Shown: positions 12,432 through 25,600 of the stretch, piece by piece | Layout of the letters: each line of letters opens with the position of its first letter | Position numbering within the stretch: the stretch's first letter is position 1 | Notes under the pieces: model-generated | What the model was told of the DNA's origin: nothing | Database searches by the model: none | What the model saw: the letters and a program-made list of their open reading frames with translations, nothing else | Source of the DNA: Camelus ferus | Lineage: Eukaryota | DNA length: 64,000 bases | NCBI RefSeq assembly: GCF_009834535.1 | Contig: NC_045696.1 | Coordinates: 92,196,001-92,260,000 of the forward strand | Direction: 5' to 3' | Made by a program: the position numbers and the translations under genes

Positions 12432-15400
12432 TCATAGACTATTTGCAGAAGAAATCTTCCTGCTATTATGTTTTTGGGGGACAGACTGAGGGTGTCTTTC
12501 AGGGAAAATAAAATATAAAGACAGAAGGGATGACCTATTGTGGTTAGATAATATTTCTAGGTGTGGGGTCATTAAAGTTTTGTTCTGAAAACTTTATTCT
12601 GGATGTTAAACATCTAGGTTCAGTGTCCTGAAATTGAAAAAAACGTAGAAAATTTAGGATGCTAAATGTTTGCCATTCTGGTATTTTTCTGAGCTGTCAT
12701 TGGATGTCCTAGATTCTTGAATTTCCGTGGATTCCTGCTTGCATATGGGGATACTAAAAAAGATGGCCGAGAAAGAAGTAAATTCTTATGGAGTCGGTTC
12801 TTTGACATGATGATGTTATGGGAATTAAGTGAAGCTAACTTTGATCTTGTCTCTCTTATTTGGAATAAGACATCTGGGTTGTTTTATGTCTGCATTGACC
12901 TAATAGCAGGGAAAAAATAAATAATTTGAACTGTAATGAGGTTGGAAATAATATCTAATGACTCAGGGAGTTTGTGAGATTTACTAGTTTTGGCCCAAAA
13001 CTCTCAATAAATAAAAGTTAGAAGGCTCAATTCCAAGTGTCTTTTAAATTAAAATTTAATTAAAATGTAATTTAATTAAAAACTCATTGTAGTCTCAGGA
13101 TCAACGGATTAGTGGGCTTTCTACTTTCCTTTTAAAAGGAGCTATATAAACTAAAATGGGCCCCCTCTTTTTTCTGTTATTCACAAGTGGTACATGGTTT
13201 ATAGCCTCCTTTCATCCCCATAATCAGGCTCAATCACTTCGTCCCTGGAGCGATGAGAAGGGTATGGATGGAGAAATTAGCCTGGCACTTGGGAATGACA
13301 GAGAACCTCACCAACAAACAAACAAACAAACAAACAAACCCCCAAAAACTCCTAGTGCACGTCCTCAGACACACAAGTGCTCTGTGTCTACCCATGTCCA
13401 CCATGATCTATGTTGGAATGAAAACTTTCTCTTACCTAATGAGCCTAAGGGAAGATTTTGGGGATTTATGGAAGTGATGGGCTTAAGAATACAATTATGA
13501 TGGGGGACAAGGACCTGTCAGTGACTCTACTGGGAAGAACAAGGTAGCATAAGAAAGAAGAAATGGGACATGGGGCTGATTTTTGGGGGGACTAGAAAAC
13601 ATGCCATCAACGCCAGATATTACAGCAGAGACAGATGGCATGGCAGATGCTGTGAAAGAAAGCTGACGTACTACTAGGCGAACCAGAAAAAAATAAACAA
13701 GAAGGACAGAGGAAAAAAGGTACACAATTTCCCTTCTATTGTCAGGAACATCTTCCCTTAGCTGTCAAATGTCTAATTACATCCCATGGGGTTACAGATT
13801 GCTAGAGGAGGTGTCTTACCCCTTTCTCCACCAACTACACATTCAGAATTTACAGCCATTCGTTTGAGAGAACTCAGTTTTTGTCTATTGCCTTTCTAAG
13901 GAAGAAGGGAAGGCAACAACTAAATTGGTATGCGTATGATGCCAATGTATTATGAAGGCGCCACTGCTTAACCTTTTTTCTGGCTCAGTTGGTTGCTATA
14001 TGATATGTATAAACTGGATGAAACTCATCTTGGTTTATTCTAGAAATGTTCCCAATTAACATCCTTTCATGGTGTGAATCAAGTGAATGGGGTTGGCACT
14101 TTAATAAATTTAAATCAAATTTGTTTAAAATGGGTCTTAGAAAGCTGGGTTGGGCTCTCTCTTTAAGCCCCCAGGAATTAAAATAGGTTCCTTGGCAAAA
14201 TTATAAGTTAGCGGGTATTGTGGGTCCATGGAGTTGATGGGGAATGGTTGAAACCGATAAAGATGATCTACAAATGCTAAGGGTTTACTGTGTGGCACAC
14301 ACACAGAACAATGCCAACATATGTAGACTTAATATATAAAATTCAGCAATATGCACTTGGCAACCACCGTTCCATCACTTATATTAGACAGAAATGGATG
14401 CAGTTGAGCCTACAACTGCCAAAGTGAGTTGCTAAAATAAGAGATGTGTGTGAATGATATTAAGGCTGTTATCAAAAAAAAAAGTATTTGGGCAAGTATC
14501 TAGTGATGGTTTTGTCACTATATTTGGAGAAGAAGTTGACTAATTAAAGGCTGTAGAGTAACACTGACTAACAAAGAATTACTGTAGGGTTTTCAAGGGT
14601 ACTTTTGATTATACGTAACATACACTCTTCTGTATGGTTTTTAGAAACCCTAATAGCCTTCCTAAGGTTGATCCCATTGTAACATGAACAAGTTTCACTC
14701 ATATACACACACATGATTTACAAAATCATTGCAAAAATGAAACTTAATAACAACATGGAATCCAGACATAGCTTAGACACCATTTTTTTCATTTTTAGAG
14801 GAGAAAATGCCCTCAAAACCATCTGGCAATCCCTGTCTATTTCTAATTTTCTTCTTATTTCCTATTTCTTCTCCTCTCTGTTGCCCAGATCAGTGCTCTC
14901 CTGTTACAGTAAAGCAGGAAAATTCTCTGATTTCATTGGAGGCTGGACAATGCTGTAGTTATATATTCTATCAGGCAGCAATCTCTCTCTCTCTCTCTTT
15001 TTTTTTTTTTTTTTTAACATTTTGATGCTTCCTTCTAGGAAACATCAACACATAATCAGTGTTTATACAAGAGATACCATTATCTTATCAGTATCACATA
15101 GCTTGGCTTCTAATTGAAATTTCCTCTTTCTGTAGGTATATAATGCAAATTATAACGTTTTCTGTTTCAGAGACGTCTACATTATATCCCTCAGATTAAA
15201 GACAGTGATAGAATGGGCAAAATGAGCCAAAAAAAAAAAATCCCAGATGTTCTTCTATCCTGTACATAGCATAATTGCAAAGGACATTTTTCCAAAGAGG
15301 AAAGTAGTCACTAGGCACTTAAAATGGGAAGCAATTTCAGTCTTTCACAGCCGCCACTAAACGGCATTTTGCTTGACAATTGTGCTCACATGATAGCTTC

Positions 15401-16733
15401 AGTGCTATTTTAATGTGACACTGAGAATGGTGTGACATCATATTATCCTTGCAATAAGCACTTCTTACATGAATAAAATGTTTATGATTTGCCTTATCAA
15501 ACACCTAGTCTTTGCTTTAATAAAAATATGCATTTGTGTCATTTCCATGGATAATTTCTTATCATGAATTTCCAACAATGGTACTGCTTTATAATAATCT
15601 CCTAATTTACTCAAATCAAGAAAGTAGAAAACTCTAGGAGAAAATCAGATATATAAGTATATATTTTAAACATTACTCTGCAGTTGAAAGACACAAATAG
15701 CATGGAAAACAGTTTCATAACTCTTTTTGGTCAGAAATGCATTTTGTCAGAAACGCAACAGAAAAATTTATACATACTTCAATCTTTCATAACTTCCATA
15801 ACTTCTATAACCTTCTAGCAAGAACAAATCTTTACAGAACCTGATTTAATACAAGATCCTGAATTACCTTTTGAATCAGCAAAACCAAATTTACCTTAGT
15901 GTAATTTTATGTTGAGTATTCTAATTCTTTGAAAATTTATAAATCCATGTCATATAGCAAGCCTCAAATAATCAGAACATTATTTCCTCCCCTTCTTTTT
16001 TCCCAAGTATCTTTGTTCTCATTCACCTCAGATATATGATAATCCATATGACTGTAAATCTCACTTAACCAGAACATTTTTTTAAATTTGTCCTCCCAAA
16101 TTTGATCCTCTTTCTCAATCATCCTAGGTAGGTTCCACAAACAAATGTAAATGGAAAAAAACTGGTTTTAGGGACATTCTGAAAGCTTCCACAGAGAGAT
16201 GCTTGAATTGTCCTCAGAAAGGGGATAAAATGTTGCAGCTCCTTGAGAATCAAAAACCAAATGGCAACCAAGAGTCTCATTTTGAAGCAGTCGCTCCTGT
16301 AAAGCCTCTGCTCATGGTAGCACTTCATACTTACCACCACAGACTGGAAACTAATGAGACCCAGAGTCATTATAAAATAGGAAGACTCTTGGAGAACACC
16401 CTCCAAAGTCATGATGGCTGGGTTATAAACTCCCCTTCCAATTACTTTTATTGTTTTTGCTGATGAAATCACAGAAGTGAAACAAACCTGGAGCACTGTG
16501 ACAGCAGGAGCCAAATCCTGGTGTCTGCAGCTGCTGAAAAATTAATACACATGCAGAATGCAGAGCCCTGGCTTTGTGGGTAAACATTGCAGCTGAAAGA
16601 AATTGACTGAAAAGGTTTTTATTTTTCATATTCAGTCAGATCAGTCTGAATATATTTCATTTCCTACTGTGAGTGGAAGAAGTTGTCAACTAGAATTAAT
16701 CACTCTAGTCTTCTATTAAATTTCTTCACTCAC

Positions 16734-16820
16734 CTTCCATGGGAGTGTTACTGTCTGGGCGATTTGCAAAAACTACGTCCACATACTCGAGCTGCAGCCT
16801 CTGGAGGGAGCCCTTCAATC
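16734..16820 (-). CDS. KCNAB1: KCNAB1 coding exon (87 nt): (G)[28 protein letters not shown](E)
   Basis: tcttcctgcttctattcccag|GATTGAAGGGCTCC...CCCATGGAAG|gtgagt. KGSLQR and PDSN are Kvbeta1-type. The next exon (EIVRAM...) was not seen in 1-16733, so it probably lies outside the window. Confidence 0.97.
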
Positions 16821-17312
16821 CTGGGAATAGAAGCAGGAAGATCTTAACAAGTCTGAATATGAGCATTATTAGAAATAGTTGAAGTTTGGTTACCTTCAAG
16901 AATTTACTTTAAAAAAGAGAACCACTGACTTAGATTCAAAAAGACATTGAATACAATGATGTGTTCATTGGCCCTCAGAACCTTTTAAAAATATATCAGA
17001 GGTTGACCTTGTCTCCAACAGAGAAAAGCCTTAGACCTTTCTCTATGGTATTAGTGCTCTTGCCTACTGGGAATCCACACTTGGTAATGACCTTTCACAG
17101 TGGCTCCTGTATCTGTATCTGGCAGTATCCAGAAGCAAAGTTTAGAATGAAAAGCAGCCTAAGAGTTTAACTTCTTTCTTCTTGGAAAATGCACATTAAT
17201 GTCATGTTTTGAAATACTTACTGGGCTTATAGTGGGATGGAGCTATATTTATTGCACATTAAAAAAATTAAAATGGTGTAAATCATAAATAAATGATTGA
17301 CAACTCCATCTT

Positions 17313-17498
17313 TTTTTTTTTCTTTAATTGAAGTATAGTCAGTTACAATGTGTCAATTTCTGGTGTACAGCACAATGTCCCAGTCATGTATATATATTCA
17401 TTTTCATATCCTTTTTCATTAAAAGTTGTTACAAGATATTGAATATAGTTCCCCATGCTATACAGAAGAAATTTTTTTAAATCTATTTTTACATATAC
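17313..17498 (-). mobile_element. Short L1 3'-end insertion
   Basis: poly-T followed by ttgaagtatagtcagttacaatgtgtcaatttctggtgtacagc. 16-bp TSD ttgacaactccatctt / ttgatgactccatctt. Confidence 0.9.
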
Positions 17499-19289
17499 TT
17501 GATGACTCCATCTTAATGTACACGTGGGTTTTCCTAGTAATAAAATGTTGGCAAATGAAAATTCCATTCCACATTTACTAATTGGAACAAAGTCTGAAGA
17601 ACTTTAAATATAGCTGAGCTCCACTATTTCTATTATTCCCCATTCTTTTGAGAAGAAACAAAAACACTAGGAGCTTTAAAGATTTAAGTGGTAATATAAA
17701 GGAAATAGACCTTAAAAAAAATCTGGAACCAATAATCTATGTTTCAGCCCTAACCATTCGGTCACATTTCTATGATTACTCAGAAAAAAATATTTAATTT
17801 CAGTAAAATTAATACTTTCCTGAAATAGAATGTATTGTATATACTATTACACAACCAGAAGGATGACAGTGTTTGAGAATTATTTTATCTCATTTCTATG
17901 AGGCACAGCATTTCCTTATCAGCTTATTTAATTCCTCAGAAAGACTGGAGGTTTTTCTCTTTTATAATAGGCATAAAATTAATTGCATGTTAAATGAGGC
18001 TCTTATAAATTTAAATTTGGCTCATTTAAATTTGATTTTTCAAACTGGTTTATCGGCCAGCCACAATTATTTTTCTGACAGGAAAATGGAGTGCTTGAAT
18101 ACAGTTTTGGAAATATTTCTTTCACTCATTAAGGAAGGACTGTCTGTGATGGTGGCTTGTTAAAAGCAGCACTGATGAAGAGATTAGGGCAGACAGGTGT
18201 TATAAAGTCCAATGTCTGTTCTTAAAAAACTGCGGGGACTTTCAGGCCCAGGTTATTACCAGCTATCTCAACGGGCATCTTGAAATTAAATTTACCTTAA
18301 AAAGCACTATGATAGGAGCCACATTTTGGAAGCAATTCTGTGTATGGAGGAGGTAAGGAGAGGGAAATATAACCAAGCAAACCAGTAACAGGGTATCCCC
18401 AGGTCTAAAAGGCTGGAAATCTGCACGCTGGCATATGATCCTGCTTGGATTATTTGGCTTTTACTGTGTGTGACTCAGTTCTCTAGTCCGCAGTGGAGAT
18501 ATCAAGACTCACTACCTTTAGAATTGCTGCTCCAGAGGGCAAATAAAATTAGTTGGCACACATTTGGTAAGAGCAACAGCCTATAGAAGTACCGTAATTA
18601 TAATGTTCTCACATCTGGAAAGATTCAGAATGACTAGACGCCAAAGATTTTCACTGGCCCTCCTGGTTTTAGAGGCGGGCATTTAGTGACAGTTCTGGCC
18701 CCTACCTGGCACTGGAAACAAAACGCCCTCCTTTCTGATGATGCCCCTTCCCTCGGTCCCTTCTGAAGATCTCAGTGTGGGCTGAGAGTTAACCTAGGAG
18801 AAGCTATGACTAACTTGGCCCTGTCGGAATGCTGTGTGATCAGTCGTGACTTAAGTCCTTTCCTCTTCCACGCCCTACATGTGTACTGAATTCTGATTTG
18901 ATCCTGAAACTGTGCCCGACTCTAGGTGGGTAGACAGGCATGGACACAGCATTTATCCCCAAGGAGCAAAAAGTGCACGCTGAGGGCATCTGCTGGCATG
19001 ATTTCGCTGTTCAAGGTAATAACGTGTAGCCGTAAGTCATGACGTGGACTTGACGTAAAGGCCAGCCAGCCTCGTTGTACTCAGTCGTTCCTCATCTCTC
19101 AGTTCTTCCTCTGGAAAGCATTTTTCCCCTTGATAGTCAGGCCAAGATTTTAGAGTATTCATGTGAGAATATAAGAAATGGTGCATCTCGTCAGTGACCC
19201 ACCTGGTCCCTCCTCTGGGTTTGAAGTGGAGTAAAAGGAGGTTGTGCTCATAAGAGACACTCTCCACTCACTTTGAAAAATCTCAATCA

Positions 19290-19700
19290 CATGAAGTCTT
19301 GGAATCCATGGTATGAATTTTAGATTTTACTCTACATGAGATGGAAAAATATGGGGAGGGGCTGGGAGGTAAGGAAATGAGAGTTAAGCCAGGGAAATGA
19401 TGCTGTCAGATTTGTGTTCTGAACTGCTCACTTGTCCTGCTGAGAATGACCTGTAGGGGGCAGAGGGCAGGCAGGGAGGGAGACCAGTGAGGCTGTCACC
19501 GAAGCAGACCAAGTTGGTGAGGTGTGTTCAAACTTGGGACAAGTTGTATAAGTAGAAATAAGAGAACTCCTGGTGTGCTGAATACAGAATGTGGAGGTAG
19601 AGGTATCGAGGAGGACTCTGAGATGTTGGCGTGAGAAGAGAAGTGACTGTTAGTAAGATGGGGAGGTCAGGGAAAAGCAGGTTGTTGGTGGTGGTGTCAG
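19290..19700 (-). mobile_element. L2 fragment
   Basis: Purine-rich antisense L2 pattern (gaattttagattttactc...gtcagatttgtgtt...gggagaccagtgaggctg). Confidence 0.7.
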
Positions 19701-21457
19701 CACATCAGTCAACCCCATGGAGCTCTTGGCAGCTGGATGGGCCGGTCTGGCATTTAGAGGAAAGGTCTATGTGCAGGTGAGGCACAGGACTTGGGATCCA
19801 GGGCACTAAACTGGGCTGGCCTGAATGATCTTGCCAGTGTCTCTTCGCCTCCTTGGATCTTAGTATCCTCATCTTTCCAAAGATGAAATGGAGCTCGATG
19901 ATCTTTCTGGTTTGATCTTCTTGGGACTGCAAACCCAGTCAGGTGGCACTGCTTTTCCCTATTTGGATGCTTTAATCTTATAGCTAAATTGTAGCAACAT
20001 AAAGACATGCTAACAAATGTCTCCTTGAGAGCCATTTAGGGTTTATCTCCAAGAAACAAACAGTCATGTTCTATCTCCCCTTAGCAAATGTTTGTTGAGC
20101 ATTGGCTTGGGGCCAGGTGTTGCTTTAAGTTTAAGTAGATGTGCAAAAATGCATTAACCTTGGCTCCAGAGAGCTATCTGAACAGTTAATCGTAACCCAA
20201 GGAGGTAAATGCTCCCATTCAGTGAATGCACTCACTGAAAGCACTTTTTATGTTAGCCTGCCCCTCAGTGCTGACCCAATGTCTGTTGGAGTGAAAAACA
20301 GGAGGAGCAGGAGAAACATTCCCTGCCCTTGAGGAGATGCCCAGAAGTTAATTGGCCATTCCTCAGAAGTCCACAGGAGAATACATTGCGTTATGTAAAG
20401 AAAAATAGCTTTCAAGTGACTCCAGTAAACTTAAATCTAAGTCAATCTCTCTCTTAGGTTCTAAAATTTAACAGGAACTCCATTGTTCATAAGGTGAAAC
20501 TCAACAAAATTTTAAACTTTTGAGATTGAAGATTAATTAGAATCAATTATTATTACGTTTTACTGTTGGTGTTATTTTTCAGTTTATAGTCTCAGCCAAA
20601 GACAAAAACACTCACGACTGCAAGAGAGTCAGCTCAAAAGATATTTCTAGGCAGGCTGAAATTAGGGAATTGAGTGAATTTTACAGGAAAAAAAGAAGGG
20701 ACATGAGATTTTTAGACCTAAAATAAAGTTTGAAGAGGTTTACAAGTCATTATCCTCTGGTTTCATTGGTACTTGTCCTGTGATGAAGGTGACATTTTCA
20801 ACATTGGAGATTCACACTCACATTACATTTGGGAAGTACTATTTAAGAATAAGACAGAAGACCAGTTCATGTAGAGTTCAGGCCACTTGTGTGCTGGGTG
20901 ACCTTAGCCACCTGAGTTAATTTTCAGAGTGTAAAATTAGCTTGATTTGTGCATAATGTAGTTTTGAAAAAAATCATATGAAAGGCTTTTTCAATGAGCC
21001 TAAAGTTTTGACTGAGATCTGGTTAGGAACAACATGCTCCTTGGATTCACAAGGAGGTAGTAGGAATTTCAATAATAGGTTTATTATGTTCATTTGGAAT
21101 CTCAAGGTCCTCTCAGGTTCTGAAAGTCTGTTTATTTATTCAGCCATTCCACAGTCATTAAACCTAAATTTGTGCCAATGTTAAAATCTAGCAGATCAAA
21201 TTTCTTTAGTATCTGGCATGAAAGAACAGAAATAGTTCGGTAGGTCAGACTGGAAGAATAAGGGCATTGTTTGTGTACTTTTATAGGAAAAAGCTGTGTC
21301 TAAGCCTGTAGTTGCCTTTCAGGTAAACAACCGTTTTGTTATGTGATTTAAAACATGGAACCATCCCAGTTTTAGGAGTAGGAGAAAACATTCTGAGAAA
21401 CTCCACTTGAAACTTTTTAATGCATGGCAGATGTTAAACCCTAACTTTAAAAAAAAG

Positions 21458-21637
21458 GTAACAGAAGTGACTATTAGTGGATACAAGGTTTCTTTGGGGG
21501 GAGATGAAGATGTTTTGAAATCTAATTATGATGACCATTGCACACTCTGTAATTATTCTCAGAACAAAAGAATTGTACATTTTAAATGGGGAAACTGTTG
21601 TGGCATATAAATTACATCTCAACAAAGCTCTTTAAAG
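21458..21637 (+). mobile_element. Old L1M 3' end fragment
   Basis: gtgactattagtggatacaaggtttctttgggggg-agatgaagatgttttgaaa...aattacatctcaacaaagct. Confidence 0.8.
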
Positions 21638-21901
21638 ACTCTTGCAGACGCGCTTTGTTAATGTTAGCATAGCCGTAAATGAGAAGAGTTCTAGAAAATG
21701 CAGTCTTTTTCTTTTGAGTTCTCATTCTCCCTTTATATCACCACACTCCCCACACTCAGGCCCAGGGACAAACTTGGTTGGTTGTGGTTCTTTACATAGA
21801 GAATTTTTTCCCTTCCTAACGTGTTTGGAACCTATTTGGTTGGTACCTTTCTGCACTCAGCAGCCCACAGACAAAAATAAAATGGAAGCAGCGGTACTCA
21901 C

Positions 21902-21945
21902 CTTCAATAATATGTTTTCTTGACAACCCTCTTTCCGTTTCAGCT
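21902..21945 (-). CDS. KCNAB1: KCNAB1 coding exon (44 nt): (K)AETERGLSRKHIIE(G)
   Basis: tctttttcttgtcag|AGCTGAAACGGAAAGAGGGTTGTCAAGAAAACATATTATTGAAG|gtgagt. Visible inside ORF 21816..22004. Confidence 0.97.
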
Positions 21946-23777
21946 CTGACAAGAAAAAGAAGCAAATGACTTTGAGTGGGGGTGTGCTTTTTTAAAAAAA
22001 TCACTCTTTCAAAAGTACAGAAGAATAATCATTCTAGACTAAATGGTTAATTTTGTGCCCTATTTTTGGCAAATTCTGCGCTACTGCAGGCTGAGCAAAC
22101 AAGGCTGGTGGGCAGCACACTGAGCGGCTCTTCTTTGAAGACCCCAGAAGATGAATTAACCATGACAGACATCACATCGCCTTAATAACAACTCAGGCAT
22201 GTGCACCTTGTCCATATGTAATTTGACACTTGACATGTGGCTCAGCCTTACTATCTTCTTAACCAATCTCAAGCCAAAAAAAAAAAAAAAAAGTTTGTGA
22301 GCTTACTTACTATAAGATTATCAGGCTACTGGTAGCACTGGCTTTTCTGAGAAAGGAAACAAATTTAGAAGTGTCTTTTGACTTTCAAAAGAAGCTGAAC
22401 AACTATTTTCTTTTAAAATGTGATGTACCAAGTCTTCCTTAAATTAGTTTCCTAAGAAGACAAACCTTTGACCAGGACTTTTGCCTGCCCAGACCATCCT
22501 CAGGCTCTGGCCAATGAGAAAGAAATGTGGTCTTTGAGTTTTAAAGTACTGATGAAATATTCCTTCAACATCAATAACTTTGGCAACCCCCTTTTAAAAC
22601 ATAGTAGTTTATCATTCGCCTTTGGTGATTTTGTATCTTCTAAAAGTGTATTAGATAATAATGTATGTAGCACTCTACTACATAATGGTTCTTGCAGACT
22701 GTCTTATTTCCTGTTTATTTCTAAATTATAGGCAAGGTTTTGAGTACCATCGCAAATCATCAAGAAATGGCACTAGGAATCAGAGTACACACGATGTAAA
22801 CTTAACATTTCTTATGGGCACCATGTTGCTTTATTTTTATTAGACTGCACTAGGAATAAATATCTGAGTTCCACATTTCTGTCTTCATATTAATCGTAAA
22901 CAACTCAAAAACATCAATAAAATATCAGCGTGTGAGTGTATACACGTACATTTTGATTAGAAGTTTCCTTCCAAATTTGTTTTTAACTATTCCCTGTCAA
23001 TCAGAGGGAAGTAAATTAGGTTTTGTTTGTTTGCATTTGTCTTTGTTTTTGTTAAGACTCCATGGAAATCTCGGAGGTTTCCATGAAAAGGTATATGGAA
23101 TAGCTTGATGTTTTCTCACATGTGGTCTCACAAAGAGGCCACTTCTGAGTCCTGCTGAATAATGTAAGTACCAGTTCAAACACCAGCAGGGCCATCAGAA
23201 GCCAGTTCATCCTGTGAAGTGTGTTCTGCATCCCACGACAGAGAGAGGACCACTCTTTCATTTGGCCTGACAGCAAGTGATACATGCAGCTTCCTGTTAT
23301 TCTTCACTGAGATGGTCTTTTTGATCAGCATTTTCAGAGCCTTCTACAGAAATGATCAGAGACTCACACGTGGGGCGAGGCAAGATATTTTTATCATTGC
23401 TTTCCGTAGAAGTCTCTGAGTTTTGGCAGATTTGAGTAGCTTTTCATCTGTGATGCTATGTGCTTATTTTCTTTTCCTGAAATTTGAACTCTATTTTGGA
23501 AACGGTTCTAAGTATGAGGTTGGTATTTTGAAAATCTCCATGAATCACTTAGTAACAAGTGACCACATGCTTTGCACTAAATTTCTTTGGGGGTATCTTG
23601 CTAAACCTGAATCCCAGGCAAATTGCTATTTCCTTCATGTGAGGGAAAAAAACAATCTTTCTTTCCAAACCAATTAATTTGAGTACGTTGAATGTAAAAT
23701 GGTTGCATAAAAGGATTAAAGCACAAACTACTGATTGTTTCCTGTCAAGCAGGGAAAATAAGAAGTATTGAACTTAC

Positions 23778-23822
23778 TTTCCACCCCAGTAGAGTTTGGT
23801 TGTTATGACCAGGCTGGACCTC
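23778..23822 (-). CDS. KCNAB1: KCNAB1 coding exon (45 nt): (R)RSSLVITTKLYWGG(K)
   Basis: tgtttaccatacag|GAGGTCCAGCCTGGTCATAACAACCAAACTCTACTGGGGTGGAAA|gtaagt. Contains the AKR catalytic Lys (TTK); KLYW is Kvbeta1-type (Kvbeta2 has KIFW). Confidence 0.97.
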
Positions 23823-25409
23823 CTGTATGGTAAACAGACAAACACATAGAGAAATATTAAATAAACTGCTGGTTATTGTACCGGGTCATATTATTATTAT
23901 AGCACCATAATGAACTTATTGTATCTCACATTTTAAAAAATTGGCAAGGAGATAAATGGTTGGTTTATGTCATTGAAATGTAAGGACAGAAGGAAGCTGG
24001 TGAGTAGGGACTTGAAGTCAGATCCTAAAGAAAGAGGCCTGAAGGGAAGGGAGCGTTATTGGGAGGGGCCGGAGGAGGAGGAGGGCTGTGGCAACACTTG
24101 GGTGATTGGCAGGTGAGAGGTAGGCATGGAGGCTCAGAATGGTAAGTGAAAAGTAACGGTAAGGGAAAGGACTTAAAGGATGGATTGCTTTAGGAGCTCA
24201 AGCAGCCACCAGCTAACACTTACCGAGCATCTGACCTAATGCTGATTGATCTGAACTTTCCTGGCCTCTGCCAAGGACCATGGACCCGAGTATCTCTGAG
24301 TTATGACCTTTTCCCACCATTGCCTTCACAGGCAGGAACTGACTACATGGAACTATGAATAATGAAGTAAATTATAATAGTCAATAGATAGAAATAAAAT
24401 TGCTCTGCATGTCTTATTCAATGGAAATGTTATTTTAGGAAAACAGTCCTAAGATCCATAACTCAATGTTTTACCAGTTTCATTCCTCAGGGAATGAAAT
24501 GTGGAAATCTTGTCAGCAGATTTATTACCTTCTCAAAACCACACCCAAGGGCAGGAAATGCAATTGCATCACTATGATTGTGGGATATGAAATATGTCTT
24601 GAGAACTATAGTGATATAATTTAAAATTGGGAGGCAGATCTCAGTGTGATTTAGTTTCTCCAGGTATATAATTCATTTGAACTGGTTTAGGGGGAAAAAA
24701 AGCATTTGAGATTCAAAGGTTAAGACCAAACTTCGGGAATATTTGAAATAAGGCATTTATAATTCCATCAGCTGTAGTGTCGATGCCTGGGGCCCTCAGG
24801 TAGAAGAGCCTAGCATGATTAATGATAACCAATGGGCAACGACGGTGACAATTCTGACAACTTGGCTGCAACAAGAAAAATTTGTAGGAAATGTCAGTAC
24901 TCCCATCCCAATGAAGTTAATTCCCAGAAAAGTAATTTGAATCACTATAACAGGAGGCCCACAGATATATGCATCTGGAGATTATGCACCCCAAAAGGGC
25001 TGATGCACTTTCCAGCTTAATCCGTCAACCTCGTGATACCTGGTATAATGGCAATCTGTCACAGGGGAGCCAGGCCTCCGTTAGCAAGCATTGTCAGAGC
25101 TTCAACAAAAAGCTCTGGATGGAATCTTATTAAAGCATGCGTGCAGCCCTCTGCATTATTCAGAGCATTTGGGCCTGCCAAGGCTGCACGCTCTATCCAA
25201 ATACCACCATAGACTTGTTTTTCCAAAATCTGGCTTTCTGTAAAATGTTTGGCCTACGTGGGCGTGCACCCTAATATTTATGTTCAAACAGCGAGAGTGG
25301 ACAGCAACCTGGTGAATTATCACTGACCTCATGGAGGCATTTAGAGCAGCTCTTCTGAGTGGGTGAAGAATGACAGTATGAGTATCTCCCATTGATATAG
25401 CACAGCCTT

Positions 25410-25600
25410 CAACATTCTTTTATGTACTTTATCTCAGTTTATCAGCACGATGCTCCATGAACAGTTATGCCTCCATTTTACAGAAGGGGAAATTGAGGCT
25501 CAGAGAAGCGAAGTTACTTGCTCTGGACAACACAGCTAGCAAGTGATAGCCTTGGGACAAGAAGCCAAGGATGCCAGTTGAAACGGCTTTTATTGCCTCC
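25410..25600 (-). mobile_element. MIR SINE
   Basis: ctccattttacagaaggggaaattgaggctcagagaagcgaagttacttgc...acacagctagcaagtg. Confidence 0.85.

Noticed and set aside
18246..18351. Plus-strand exon-like segment (tttcag|...GAG|gtaagg)
   Set aside because: Weak pyrimidine tract, unrecognised peptide, no partner exons; an antisense lncRNA exon cannot be excluded.
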